From the NCBI GenBank assembly GCA_947444255.1, contig CANEZU010000001.1:1-40316 (forward strand): a stretch of DNA of 40,316 bases, given 5' to 3'. The notes below the pieces were generated by a model that did no database searches, was not told the DNA's origin, and was given only the letters and a program-made list of their open reading frames with translations. Made by a program: the position numbers and the translations under genes. Each line of letters starts with the position of its first letter. The first letter of the stretch is position 1. Shown one piece after another: positions 40,005 through 40,316 of the stretch. Source of the stretch: Flavobacteriaceae bacterium (GTDB lineage: Bacteria > Bacteroidota > Bacteroidia > Flavobacteriales > Flavobacteriaceae).

Positions 40005-40316
40005 AAATAAAAAAATATCGAGCTCTTTTAGAAGTTTTCTTTTTATCGATTTTCGTTTATGTGGGTCATAAATTGTTTTTTTATTATCAAAGGAACAATC
40101 CAATATACCAGAATTTTCATTATCCGATTGAAGTTGTTTATGCGTTTTTCTCAAGTTTTTCTATAGTTCTTCTTTATATTCTAATTATTGTAAAAGCAAA
40201 AAACATAGACCAGGTTGGGAATACATTTATGTTGATTACTGTTTTAAAGATGGGAATTTCCTATGTGATTTTGTCCCCAATTTTGGATTCTGGGTTGGCA
40301 AATATGCCGATAGAAA
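40001..40316 (+). CDS. Membrane protein (DUF6168/AtpI-like), truncated by the window edge
   Basis: ATGA overlap with the previous stop; open to the edge: MKIKKYRALLEVFLLSIFVYVGHKLFF...DQVGNTFMLITVLKMG. Absent from the ORF track. Confidence 0.7.
   Translation, partial: MKIKKYRALLEVFFLSIFVYVGHKLFFYYQRNNPIYQNFHYPIEVVYAFFSSFSIVLLYILIIVKAKNIDQVGNTFMLITVLKMGISYVILSPILDSGLANMPIE

Noticed and set aside
1-40316. Mobile element, prophage or defence system
   Set aside because: No transposase, integrase, phage, toxin-antitoxin or restriction motifs were recognised in any ORF.

Overview
AT-rich Bacteroidota DNA, most consistent with a Flavobacterium-like chromosome (TAnnTTTG promoter boxes, T9SS C-terminal sorting domains, sprE). 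It has three parts. (1) 1-11109: a tandem array of three large secreted CotH-kinase-family paralogs on the minus strand. Each has a signal peptide, lamin-tail domain, Fn3-associated domain, CotH kinase, InlB-B-like repeat and an unassigned ~200-aa domain. Two end in a T9SS sorting domain. The third (start 4040) is missing from the ORF track because it runs off the left edge, and it carries 88-aa Ig-like repeats. All three share a conserved upstream promoter/operator arrangement and look mosaic relative to each other. (2) 11399-27771: a surface glycan locus with a WaaL/Wzy-like protein, WcaI-like GT4, a lipoprotein, GT4, a Wzy-like protein, an ArnT-like GT-C, GT2, FkbM methyltransferase, flippase, gmd, UDP-glucuronate decarboxylase, WcaJ, GT2 and a CapK-like ligase. 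(3) 27907-40316: housekeeping genes purD, upp, DUF4254/GT9, a 2Fe-2S reductase, an ABC pair, sprE, bactofilin and the probable start of the ATP synthase region. No rRNA, tRNA, CRISPR array or transposase was recognised. The best candidate for an undescribed system is the co-regulated secreted kinase triplet next to the glycan locus. Family assignments come from motif recognition by eye, not database searches.
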